DNA of 64,000 nucleotides from a virus, in the IMG/VR virus record IMGVR_UViG_3300045988_081431, positions 1 to 64,000 of that record, one strand, 5' to 3'. Under the pieces are notes generated by a model. The model searched no databases. It had not been told where the DNA came from and was given only the letters and a program-made list of their open reading frames with translations. Positions 19,334 through 27,892 of the stretch are shown in pieces; the first letter of the stretch is position 1, and the number at the start of each line of letters is the position of its first letter. Made by a program: the position numbers and the translations under genes.

Positions 19334-22300
19334 ATGGGTAAAGGCGGAGGCAAAGGCGGTAAAGGTCGTGTCGGTAAATTCCTTGGGATTGCCGTTGGTA
19401 TTGCCTTTGGTTTTGGTGCTGGTGCTTGGGGTTTCCTAGGAACGATGAAAGCATTTACCGCAGCCATGTACGGTCTCTCTCTTGGTTCTGCTATTGGTGG
19501 TCTGTTTGATAAACAAAAGAACAATACACCAGAGTCTACGTTTGACTCTAAGAACAACCAAGTAACATCTGAGGGTACAATCCCAATTATTTACGGACAG
19601 TCTAAGGCTGGTGGTTTACAAACGTATCACCACATGGATGTTGACGGTCGTAAACTGTTGAAGCATGTTATCGTTGGTGAGGGTGAAATCGATGGTTTCT
19701 TTGGTGCGACTGCCAATGGATATTTACTGCCGATTAAAACAGGCGATACCGTCAATACAAAGGTTAAAATCTTTGGTATTCGCAATAATAAATGGCAAGA
19801 TGCGACTGTTCAAGTAAGTGCTGGTACTGCACCAGCAAAAGGCTTTAGAGGGTTAATCCAATTACCATCTACTAGCCAGCAATCTATTTATCAAGACGAC
19901 ATTAATTATAAAGACTTTAATAAATACCCTAAGTTGGTACTCAAGGCAAACGGCAAAGAAACATATATTTTCTTAACCGAAGATAACACCAAGATTGACG
20001 ATAAGTACTCTCTTGCTTGTAATACATTCGGTAAAGTCTATCAGATTATCTTGGGCGACACATATCTATCTGACTTGCAAAAAGACGGATGGGAATTAGT
20101 AGACCCTGTAATCTGTCAAGACTCACCAAACAAAATACAAACCACAGAGGTAATGCCTTGTTATAAACGAGATATATTCTTTACGACAAACGGCGACCAA
20201 GATGCTAAAAAGAGTACTGTGGTATTGCACGAGGGTCAAGCCGATGCAGAAGCACCAAGCACATACAGAACAACAGGTGGTTATCCGAATATTGCTTATA
20301 TGGTCGCAGACCTAAGATATACCGATAAAATGGGTGCAGGCAATCCAACGATTACTGCTATTGTTCGAGGTCGCAAGGTCTACGATTGGCGTACAGGTAA
20401 GACTGAATACTCTAAAAACCCAGCTGTGTGTCTATATGACTACTTGACAAATAATGTCTATGGTGCTGGCAAGTATATCACTCCAGAGGTTCTTGACCTT
20501 GAGTCATTTACTGATGTTGCAAACTATTGTGACGAAGTAATTACCTATGATGACCCTTATGGGGTAACGAAGTCAGAAAAACGATATGAACTTGATATAA
20601 TTCTAAATGAAACAAAATCTCACTTAGAAAACATTCAGTCAATCTTAAATTCATTCCTTGGTTTCATTGTGTTCTCAAACAATAAAATCAAACTACGGTG
20701 TGAACGATTAGAAACACCTGTGTATGTGTTTAACGATGATAATATCGTTGAAAACTCTTTGTCGTACAAAGGTGCATCAATTGAACAGAGTCCAAACAAG
20801 TTTAATCTGACTTATGTTGAACCTGCATTGGATTATACTGCGGTTAAATTAATCGTAGAAGATGCAACTAACCAATTACCACCACCGATTGGCATTGGTA
20901 GACCTGTTGAACAAGACATTGAGTTTAAGGGTGTCCGCAGACAAACCCAATGTTTGCGACTTGGGAAGATTGCACGAGACATCATTCGCTTGTGTCCGAT
21001 TACTGTCACATTCAAGACAGGTCTTATGGCTTCTCATCTTGAGGCTGGCGATGTCGTAACAATCACAAAAACATTCATTGATGAAAATGGCGAAAAACAA
21101 ACCTTGTTTGAAAACCAACAAGTGCGTATCGTTGAAATGAAAGAAGAAGACGGTACGTTTGAAATTTCTGCCAAACAATACAACCCATCAATTTATGATG
21201 ATGCCTTTGGTGCATCTCTTAAAGTATTCGCTCCAACAGGAGACAACTCAAAAGAGATTAACTTAATACCTGAGACTGTTAAACCTGTTGAGAATATTTC
21301 TGTTGAACAAGTGTATCGTCAACGTGTCAACGGTGTTCCGACTTATGATGCTGTTCTGAATTTTACAGAGCCAGACGACATCAATTATGGGTATGCTCAA
21401 GTATCTGTTCAGATTGAACGCAACGGTGTACTCGGTGACTGGAAAGTCTATGGTGCAACACATGGTATCATGCCTGTGATTGGTCTACAACGGAACGACA
21501 AAGTACACTTCCGAATTATACCATACGACTCTAAAGACTTACCTCATGAAGAATCCATGGTGACATACACACACACGATTGTTCCAAAGATTGGCAATCC
21601 ATCTGCTCCAACGAATGTTAATATTCGTTTTACAGATGTGGCAACCATTTCATGGAAACGTGTGACAACTGCTGATATAGACCGCTATGAGGTTCGCTCA
21701 TCTGAGTCTTTGACTGCTGACAATCTATTGTTAATGACATCGGAAATCAGCGGTGAGATTGACTTAACACGAATTGGTCGTAGTGGTACTGTATGGGTGT
21801 ATGCAGTTAATTCCGAGGAAATCTATAGTGCTCCAACCAAGTATGGATACAATGTTAAAAAACCAACTGCACCTGCGGTGACGACAAAAGCCTTTATGCA
21901 ATCCTTTAGAGTTACATACGGAGACATTCCAAAGGGATGCACGGCAGTTGTGCGTATAGATAACAAAGATTATAAAACTAAAGATACATTGTTTGTATAC
22001 AATGAAACAAACGGTCTATTCAATGTGTCAGTTGCGTTTGAAGACTACTTTGGTCTTGGCGATTTTTCAGAAAAACAAATGGTTGAAATCGTTGCGACAA
22101 TTCCACAAGAAATGCTTGATAAGGAATCCTTGGGTATTAACGCAATCAACAAACATTTGGAAAACATTGACAAAACAACCGTTAATCTTGACAGAAAAAT
22201 AGATGTTAAAGCTGGTGAAATAACACAGACTGCCAAGGATTATGCTGATACTAAGGTAAGAGCATTAGATGGCACAGTTCAGTCTCAAATCACTCAGTTC

Positions 22301-23794
22301 TCTAATGCTATTCAATCTAAGGTTTCCTCGTTGGAGAAAGTCAATGATGTTACCTCTAGCTATGCACGAGCGATGCTTGCGATTTCTCATGCACCACAAC
22401 TTATGAGAGACCCTGTGTTTAAGTCCGAACTAGAACTTGACTTATATACAAAAGACGGTCAACAGATTACCCAACGGTTTGGTGCAGCCAATGCGATTTA
22501 TGATGATATTGTCACAGGTGGTCGCATGGTTGGTTTATCCATGGGTAATAACATCTATAGTTCCATTGGTTACGGTGGTTTTAAACTTAAGCCAAAACAA
22601 CAATCGTTATCAGGTAAGTTAAATGGCACTTATATTGTCCGTATGGTTGCTAAGGTTAAACCATCAATGACTATTCATTTGAATAACAATGATATTGGTA
22701 ACGGTGGTACAAGCGGATGGCTGACCGACAATACAGGTACAGACAAACCAGAAGAATACGTCTTCTATTGGAAGTACGGTAAATCTTGGAATGGTACAGA
22801 TGCAAACAATCGTGAGTGCGGTTATGTGTATTTTAAAGACAAGTCAGGTCGTAGTGTCAACCCAAACTTCATCGCTTGGATTTACAAAATTGAGGTCTAT
22901 GCGATTGATGAATACGACAATTCTCTTGCGACTGTGCAATCGTCTATTACACAACTGGCAAGCAGCATCGATGCCAAGGTTCAAAATCTACAGTCTGGAT
23001 TGTCAACACGTATCACCCAGCTAGACAACGCAATCAAATCTCAAGTACTGTCTGGTGATAAAGTCATGAGTGCTATCACGCAATATACAGGTGGTACACG
23101 CATTGATGGCAAACTGTTGCATGTCACAGGTCTTACCAAGTTTGATGACGACATTATTACTGACAAGATGCTTAAGGCAAATTCTGTTACCGCTGACAAA
23201 ATCAAGGCTGACTCTTTAAGTGCCATTAGTGCAACCCTTGGGGATGTCCGCAGTGGTACAATCACAAGTGCAACCATTAGAAACGAGAACGGAACATTCT
23301 CTGTAGACCCAAATGGCAATATCCGTGGTGCGAATATCACAGGCTCCACAATCAGTGCAGACTCCATTGTTAACGCTGGCTTTAAAGTCAAGAATATTGA
23401 CTATGCGGTATTAACTGTGGCTCACGGTCAAGATATACCAGCGATTGGCAATTATAGTGTCAACGAATGTACATTTGTTCCGCTTGGGTATAACTTTACG
23501 GAAACTCACTCAAGAGACCAAAGCACTAGACAAGGTAGAGATACTTGGTCAAATCTTCAGCGGAGAAAGATTGATAGATGCACGATATATTTACAAGGTC
23601 AACAACCATGGGTATATAATAGATATGGAGCGAGAAACTTAAAATCATTGGTTGGACTAAACGGACGAAAAGCCGTATGTCAATCCGAATGGGATGTCTA
23701 TTGGGCATCTGGTGGCGACAATGGTAATGACCATACGAATGAATTTGTCTCATTCGGTGTAATCTATGTTCTCGTGATTGGCAAGAAAGGGTAA
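19334..23794 (+). CDS. tail tip host-specificity protein (gpJ-like)
   Basis: 1486 aa. It has a Gly-rich hydrophobic N-terminus and central FN3-like segments. The C-terminal part has heptad-like repeats and a fibre-like repeat 'ITGSTISADSI'. It is the last large gene of the tip module. Confidence 0.7.
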   Translation: MGKGGGKGGKGRVGKFLGIAVGIAFGFGAGAWGFLGTMKAFTAAMYGLSLGSAIGGLFDKQKNNTPESTFDSKNNQVTSEGTIPIIYGQSKAGGLQTYHHMDVDGRKLLKHVIVGEGEIDGFFGATANGYLLPIKTGDTVNTKVKIFGIRNNKWQDATVQVSAGTAPAKGFRGLIQLPSTSQQSIYQDDINYKDFNKYPKLVLKANGKETYIFLTEDNTKIDDKYSLACNTFGKVYQIILGDTYLSDLQKDGWELVDPVICQDSPNKIQTTEVMPCYKRDIFFTTNGDQDAKKSTVVLHEGQADAEAPSTYRTTGGYPNIAYMVADLRYTDKMGAGNPTITAIVRGRKVYDWRTGKTEYSKNPAVCLYDYLTNNVYGAGKYITPEVLDLESFTDVANYCDEVITYDDPYGVTKSEKRYELDIILNETKSHLENIQSILNSFLGFIVFSNNKIKLRCERLETPVYVFNDDNIVENSLSYKGASIEQSPNKFNLTYVEPALDYTAVKLIVEDATNQLPPPIGIGRPVEQDIEFKGVRRQTQCLRLGKIARDIIRLCPITVTFKTGLMASHLEAGDVVTITKTFIDENGEKQTLFENQQVRIVEMKEEDGTFEISAKQYNPSIYDDAFGASLKVFAPTGDNSKEINLIPETVKPVENISVEQVYRQRVNGVPTYDAVLNFTEPDDINYGYAQVSVQIERNGVLGDWKVYGATHGIMPVIGLQRNDKVHFRIIPYDSKDLPHEESMVTYTHTIVPKIGNPSAPTNVNIRFTDVATISWKRVTTADIDRYEVRSSESLTADNLLLMTSEISGEIDLTRIGRSGTVWVYAVNSEEIYSAPTKYGYNVKKPTAPAVTTKAFMQSFRVTYGDIPKGCTAVVRIDNKDYKTKDTLFVYNETNGLFNVSVAFEDYFGLGDFSEKQMVEIVATIPQEMLDKESLGINAINKHLENIDKTTVNLDRKIDVKAGEITQTAKDYADTKVRALDGTVQSQITQFSNAIQSKVSSLEKVNDVTSSYARAMLAISHAPQLMRDPVFKSELELDLYTKDGQQITQRFGAANAIYDDIVTGGRMVGLSMGNNIYSSIGYGGFKLKPKQQSLSGKLNGTYIVRMVAKVKPSMTIHLNNNDIGNGGTSGWLTDNTGTDKPEEYVFYWKYGKSWNGTDANNRECGYVYFKDKSGRSVNPNFIAWIYKIEVYAIDEYDNSLATVQSSITQLASSIDAKVQNLQSGLSTRITQLDNAIKSQVLSGDKVMSAITQYTGGTRIDGKLLHVTGLTKFDDDIITDKMLKANSVTADKIKADSLSAISATLGDVRSGTITSATIRNENGTFSVDPNGNIRGANITGSTISADSIVNAGFKVKNIDYAVLTVAHGQDIPAIGNYSVNECTFVPLGYNFTETHSRDQSTRQGRDTWSNLQRRKIDRCTIYLQGQQPWVYNRYGARNLKSLVGLNGRKAVCQSEWDVYWASGGDNGNDHTNEFVSFGVIYVLVIGKKG

Positions 23795-23799
23795 AACAT

Positions 23800-24294
23800 A
23801 TGTTCTATATATTTGATAATAACACAGGCTTATGCGTGTGTTCTTCACCGATTACTGTTACAATCGAGGGAACAACCGCTATTGAAACCGATGAATTTTA
23901 TAACACATGGGAAATCCAGTTGGTAAACGGCGAGATTAAACCCTATGTGATTGAACAACCTGAGATTAATCCTGTAGAGCCATCCACAAATGGTTCTACT
24001 CAGGCATTAATCTTTCGTGTGAAACATGGGGATTCCGTTTTCACGGATGCATACCCAATGTCTAAATACAGGGCAACAATCGTATCGTTCCAAATGGCAG
24101 ACGACAGATTTAATTCTCCGAATGTTGGTGCGATTGTTCAAAAACCAGAGTTTCCATTGTATCGTGGCTCTGATTATCTCGTTGGTATTAATTCTAGTGG
24201 TATTGCCTATTGTAAGAACAATGGCACTTCCCTAGAGGATACAATATCTGGGTGGATTACTGTAGTATTAAATCCAATAAAGGCAGGTGATTAA
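23800..24294 (+). CDS. hypothetical tail-associated protein
   Basis: 164-aa ORF with an AAAGGG RBS. No motif recognised. Confidence 0.5.
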   Translation: MFYIFDNNTGLCVCSSPITVTIEGTTAIETDEFYNTWEIQLVNGEIKPYVIEQPEINPVEPSTNGSTQALIFRVKHGDSVFTDAYPMSKYRATIVSFQMADDRFNSPNVGAIVQKPEFPLYRGSDYLVGINSSGIAYCKNNGTSLEDTISGWITVVLNPIKAGD

Positions 24295-24625
24295 TATAGA
24301 TTACGTTCTTGACAAACCTGAGGTTCTTCATGTTGGTGCTGACTGGGAACGCTTGTATACCATAGTTGGTAAAAATGAAGATTTTACTTTGGATGATGCT
24401 TCTGCTGTATGCAAAGTTAGAGACACCAAAGACAATCTCTTGTGTACTGCTTTTTGCTCCATTAATAGTAATCAAGTATTGGTTCAAATCGGATACGAAG
24501 AAACACTAAAGATTAATAGACAAGTTCGCAAGGGTAAATATGATGTATTCATCCAAAGAGATGGAAAGTCTTACAAGGTTTGCATGGGTGAAATCGAAAT
24601 TATTCACGATGTTTCCATGCATTAA
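24287..24625 (+). CDS. hypothetical tail-associated protein
   Basis: 112-aa ORF with a GTG start after an AAAGGCAGG RBS, overlapping the upstream stop codon. Confidence 0.5.
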   Translation: MINIDYVLDKPEVLHVGADWERLYTIVGKNEDFTLDDASAVCKVRDTKDNLLCTAFCSINSNQVLVQIGYEETLKINRQVRKGKYDVFIQRDGKSYKVCMGEIEIIHDVSMH

Positions 24626-24661
24626 TTTTTTGTATATTTTTGTATAAAAGAGGTATAAAAT

Positions 24662-25726
24662 ATGGCTGAAAATAACGAAGTAACAAGAGTGGCTTTTGCC
24701 GAACCAATCGAGGTAAATGTAAATATTCCAAACATTGAGGGCAGAGCAGGTCGAGATGGTCGTGATGGCGATGATGCCTACCGTGTTGCCGTTCGCAATG
24801 GTTTCTTAGGTACAGAACAAGAATGGCTCGCTAGTCTTGGTGGCGGAGGTCAGATTAAAGAAACGCTAAATGAATTTAAAAAGCATAATGTATGGCTAGA
24901 TAGTACATCATTAGATAATGTTTTGTTAAAAATAGTGACTTTATCACAATGCTTAAACAACGCAACTTATGCAGACTTGAGATATGACCCATATCGTCAA
25001 GGACAACTATTTATTGATTTCTATGGAGAACCTCATTTTTACATCAGAATAAACGATGGTGAAAAACGAGAATTTGTAGAGCAAAAATTGCGTGTTTCTC
25101 TTGATGGCTCTATGGGTAATAAGCTATTGGTTAAATATTATGGCATTAATGATGAAGTTCTACAAACAGAATCTATTTCTCTTATTACCGAGGAAACTGG
25201 TGCTGAACAACTTGGTGCTTTGTTAAAAACATATACTATGGAGCAAGCTAGAAACGAACTTTATGTTTTGGCACTTCCATCTAAGGCTGAGGGCTCAATA
25301 GAAAAGCATTCTAATGGTGCAAAAATTACGTTCACAAATTATCCAACATCTCCTTATATGATTCATTCTATGTATAAAAACTTATTCAAGGCTCTCCGTC
25401 AAAACGAGAACTATGAGGATGATGCAAACATTAATACATTTGTAATAGATGTAACATCTTGCCCACAAATAGCATCTGGTACATTCCCATCTACCTTACA
25501 AACATCCGTATGGATGGATATGTGGCAATACGCAGATACGATTGTGGTTAAACTTAAGCCAGAAAACCTACCAAACACCGCAACAAATAAATCTACTGTT
25601 GAAATTGTTGGTAGTGCAGGGAAACGTATCAAGGTTAACAATTCTGACATGATTACTTGTCAAGATGGTGAATTATATGAATATCATTTTGACACAGACT
25701 CTATCACGCAAGCTAGTCATCTATAA
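24662..25726 (+). CDS. tail fibre / receptor-binding protein candidate
   Basis: 354 aa with an N-terminal collagen-like stretch 'GRAGRDGRDGDDAY', common in fibre and baseplate upper proteins. A terminator lies downstream. Confidence 0.5.
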   Translation: MAENNEVTRVAFAEPIEVNVNIPNIEGRAGRDGRDGDDAYRVAVRNGFLGTEQEWLASLGGGGQIKETLNEFKKHNVWLDSTSLDNVLLKIVTLSQCLNNATYADLRYDPYRQGQLFIDFYGEPHFYIRINDGEKREFVEQKLRVSLDGSMGNKLLVKYYGINDEVLQTESISLITEETGAEQLGALLKTYTMEQARNELYVLALPSKAEGSIEKHSNGAKITFTNYPTSPYMIHSMYKNLFKALRQNENYEDDANINTFVIDVTSCPQIASGTFPSTLQTSVWMDMWQYADTIVVKLKPENLPNTATNKSTVEIVGSAGKRIKVNNSDMITCQDGELYEYHFDTDSITQASHL

Positions 25727-25733
25727 TCAACAA

Positions 25734-25766
25734 TGGGGAGACAACTACCGTCTCCCCAAGTTTTTA
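25734..25766 (+). terminator. rho-independent terminator after fibre gene
   Basis: GGGGAGAC / AACTACC / GTCTCCCC, followed by AAGTTTTTA. Confidence 0.6.
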
Positions 25767-25803
25767 AATATGTTTTTACTACAGAAAGGCAATCAGGCAA
25801 TCA

Positions 25804-26070
25804 ATGGAACTATTGACAATGATTTCCTTGATATGTGGCATACTTGTGTTTGTCGGTAGCTTTGTTGGGTTTGTCTTTAAGGTTATGATTATATCACCCT
25901 TAAAGGTATCCATTGACAATCTATCGAACACAATTACTGCTATACTCAAGGATATTGAAACAAGTCGTGTTGACAGATATAATATGTCTATCAAACTCAG
26001 TGGAATGGAGTCTGACATCAAACACATTTCACAACGCATTGATGCCCTAGAGGAATATTCACGGAGGTAA
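25804..26070 (+). CDS. membrane protein (N-terminal TM + coiled coil), lysis-cassette associated
   Basis: 88 aa with the TM segment 'ISLICGILVFVGSFVGFVF'. The RBS is weak and the start is uncertain. Confidence 0.45.
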   Translation: MELLTMISLICGILVFVGSFVGFVFKVMIISPLKVSIDNLSNTITAILKDIETSRVDRYNMSIKLSGMESDIKHISQRIDALEEYSRR

Positions 26071-26073
26071 TCA

Positions 26074-26457
26074 ATGGGTCTATTTGAAAAAGCCAAGGAA
26101 TACTATGGTCGATTACGAGATGCCCATGTGAATATTCAGTCGTTGCAATTCGTAAAGTTTGTAATTACAACAAGTTTTGTTCCTATTTTTATATATCTCG
26201 TAGTATGGTTATACGCAATCTATGCCATGCACATAGGATTAAACGTAAACATTCTCGTGTCTCTCTTGACGGAATTGCGATTGTTCGTTTCCGTAATCTT
26301 CTCAACACAAACAGTCACAGGTCTTCTTGCGTATGGAGTTGCTTTAATTGACTCCGATGGTAACGGTGAGTCAGATGAACTCGATTTAAAAGCACATAAA
26401 CAATCGCAATCATTGCCTGTGTTTAATAATAATGACAAAGAGGGTGATAATACATGA
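26074..26457 (+). CDS. holin candidate
   Basis: 127 aa with about three TM segments and a charged C-terminus. GGAGG RBS; immediately upstream of, and overlapping, the endolysin gene. Confidence 0.6.
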   Translation: MGLFEKAKEYYGRLRDAHVNIQSLQFVKFVITTSFVPIFIYLVVWLYAIYAMHIGLNVNILVSLLTELRLFVSVIFSTQTVTGLLAYGVALIDSDGNGESDELDLKAHKQSQSLPVFNNNDKEGDNT

Positions 26458-27005
26458 GACAAATCACAACAGACGAATTAATGACAATGGCAGAAAACGC
26501 TAGGGGTCAAATCGACAAAATATACCTGCATTGGAGTGCTGGTCATTACAACCAAAGCCACACCGAAAGTTATCACATCTGCATTGACAACGCAGGTCGC
26601 TTATGGACAGATGTATACGACTTGACAGAGCATCGAGACCACACATGGCTACGCAACAGTCGTGCCATTGGTATTTCCATCAACGGTTGTTGGGATGCAG
26701 TCAGTCCAACCAATATGGGTACTGAACCACCAACCGAGGCACAAATCTATGCATTATCATATGTGGTTGCACTATTGTGTGTTCAAATCGGTATTCCTTT
26801 GGACATACAACATGTCATGACACATAATGAAGCCGCCGATTGCTTGGATGGAACATATCCTCACGAGCCATACGGCTATCGCAACGGATGTGAACGATGG
26901 GATTTACTCGTGCTGAGACAGGGCGAAGAACCTGAAACAGGTGGAGACCAAATCCGTGGCAACGCACGTTTCATCGCCATGAATGACTGGGGGATTAACA
27001 TATGA
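26454..27005 (+). CDS. N-acetylmuramoyl-L-alanine amidase endolysin (Amidase_2/PGRP type)
   Basis: Motifs 'IYLHWSAG', 'SYHICID', 'NSRAIGISINGC' and 'HNEAADC'. 183 aa with no separate cell-wall-binding domain. Confidence 0.75.
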   Translation: MRQITTDELMTMAENARGQIDKIYLHWSAGHYNQSHTESYHICIDNAGRLWTDVYDLTEHRDHTWLRNSRAIGISINGCWDAVSPTNMGTEPPTEAQIYALSYVVALLCVQIGIPLDIQHVMTHNEAADCLDGTYPHEPYGYRNGCERWDLLVLRQGEEPETGGDQIRGNARFIAMNDWGINI

Positions 27006-27283
27006 TTCATTACCATATGGAAAAACCCCCTCTGTGGAAAACGATTGGAAGTGCCGTTTGTGTTTGCTTCATTGGTTTATTCGTGTGTGTATATCTGTTG
27101 TTTAGCGGTATAAAAACGCACGAAGAACAACTAAAGAAAACCGAATATGAACTACAACAGACACAACTCCAATTAGAATACACGAGAAAAGAACGTGCGG
27201 AACTACAATGGAAAGTCAGCGTATTGGAAAATCTTGAAGTTGAACGTGGTAATTTACTTGTGGAGACCATGGAGAAACGATGA
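27002..27283 (+). CDS. membrane-anchored coiled-coil protein (i-spanin-like architecture)
   Basis: 93 aa with an N-terminal TM 'IGSAVCVCFIGLFVCVYLLF' followed by a heptad-rich segment. ATGA coupling to the endolysin gene. Confidence 0.5.
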   Translation: MIHYHMEKPPLWKTIGSAVCVCFIGLFVCVYLLFSGIKTHEEQLKKTEYELQQTQLQLEYTRKERAELQWKVSVLENLEVERGNLLVETMEKR

Positions 27284-27717
27284 ATGAAAATTTTAAAAAT
27301 ATATGGACTGCCTATAGGGGTCATATCGTTATTGGTTTGGTGTTTATCTTTTGTGTCGCCTGTGTATGGCTCTACGCCGACAGAAACAGTCGTATTGACA
27401 CAAAGCCAATACAACACGCTACTGAAGAACTTCGACATGCTAGAGAGTACAATAGACAGTCAACTGAATACAATCAACGAATTAGAAACGCAGTTGTCCA
27501 TAGCCAAGATGTCAACGAACGAATCACAACAAGCGTTAATCGAAGCCTTGAGGCAACTAGACGAGCAGAGGACTCTATTGATAGAAGCACAGAACTCGTT
27601 AAGAGAACAAGAGAAGACTCTAATGCAGCAAAGGCTATCGTTAGAGAAAGCCGAGATATACTTAAATCAGCAAAAAGAGATAATCAAGAAAGCACAACAA
27701 CAGAACCGCAACAGTGA
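27280..27717 (+). CDS. membrane-anchored charged protein (overlapping ORF, frame 1)
   Basis: 145 aa. ATGA overlap with the upstream stop, as is usual in this genome. N-terminal TM 'IVIGLVFIFCVACVWLY', and the first codon position is purine-rich. Confidence 0.45.
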   Translation: MNENFKNIWTAYRGHIVIGLVFIFCVACVWLYADRNSRIDTKPIQHATEELRHAREYNRQSTEYNQRIRNAVVHSQDVNERITTSVNRSLEATRRAEDSIDRSTELVKRTREDSNAAKAIVRESRDILKSAKRDNQESTTTEPQQ

Positions 27718-27769
27718 AATCTTAAATGTTGTTCTTGGTGCAGCTTTGGTGTATTCGCTTGCTAAATAG
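27284..27769 (+). CDS. signal-peptide + coiled-coil + C-terminal TM protein (overlapping ORF, frame 2)
   Basis: 161 aa. The ATG lies 9 nt after GGAG. Signal-like N-terminus 'MKILKIYGLPIGVISLLVWCLSFVSPVYG', a Q/L/E coiled coil, and a C-terminal hydrophobic segment 'ILNVVLGAALVYSLA'. Confidence 0.45.
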   Translation: MKILKIYGLPIGVISLLVWCLSFVSPVYGSTPTETVVLTQSQYNTLLKNFDMLESTIDSQLNTINELETQLSIAKMSTNESQQALIEALRQLDEQRTLLIEAQNSLREQEKTLMQQRLSLEKAEIYLNQQKEIIKKAQQQNRNSEILNVVLGAALVYSLAK

Positions 27770-27850
27770 GGATGGTGGTCTTCTTTATCTCTCTAGCGGA
27801 CAAGAGTGGATGTCCGATACAGTCTGTTAAATATTCTACATAAATATAAT

Positions 27851-27888
27851 GGGGAGTATACCGTAATTGGTATACTCCCCATTTTTTG
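27851..27888. terminator. terminator between convergent lysis and dnaE genes
   Basis: 12-bp stem GGGGAGTATACC / GGTATACTCCCC with loop GTAATT, followed by ATTTTTTG. Confidence 0.7.
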
Positions 27889-27892
27889 CGTT

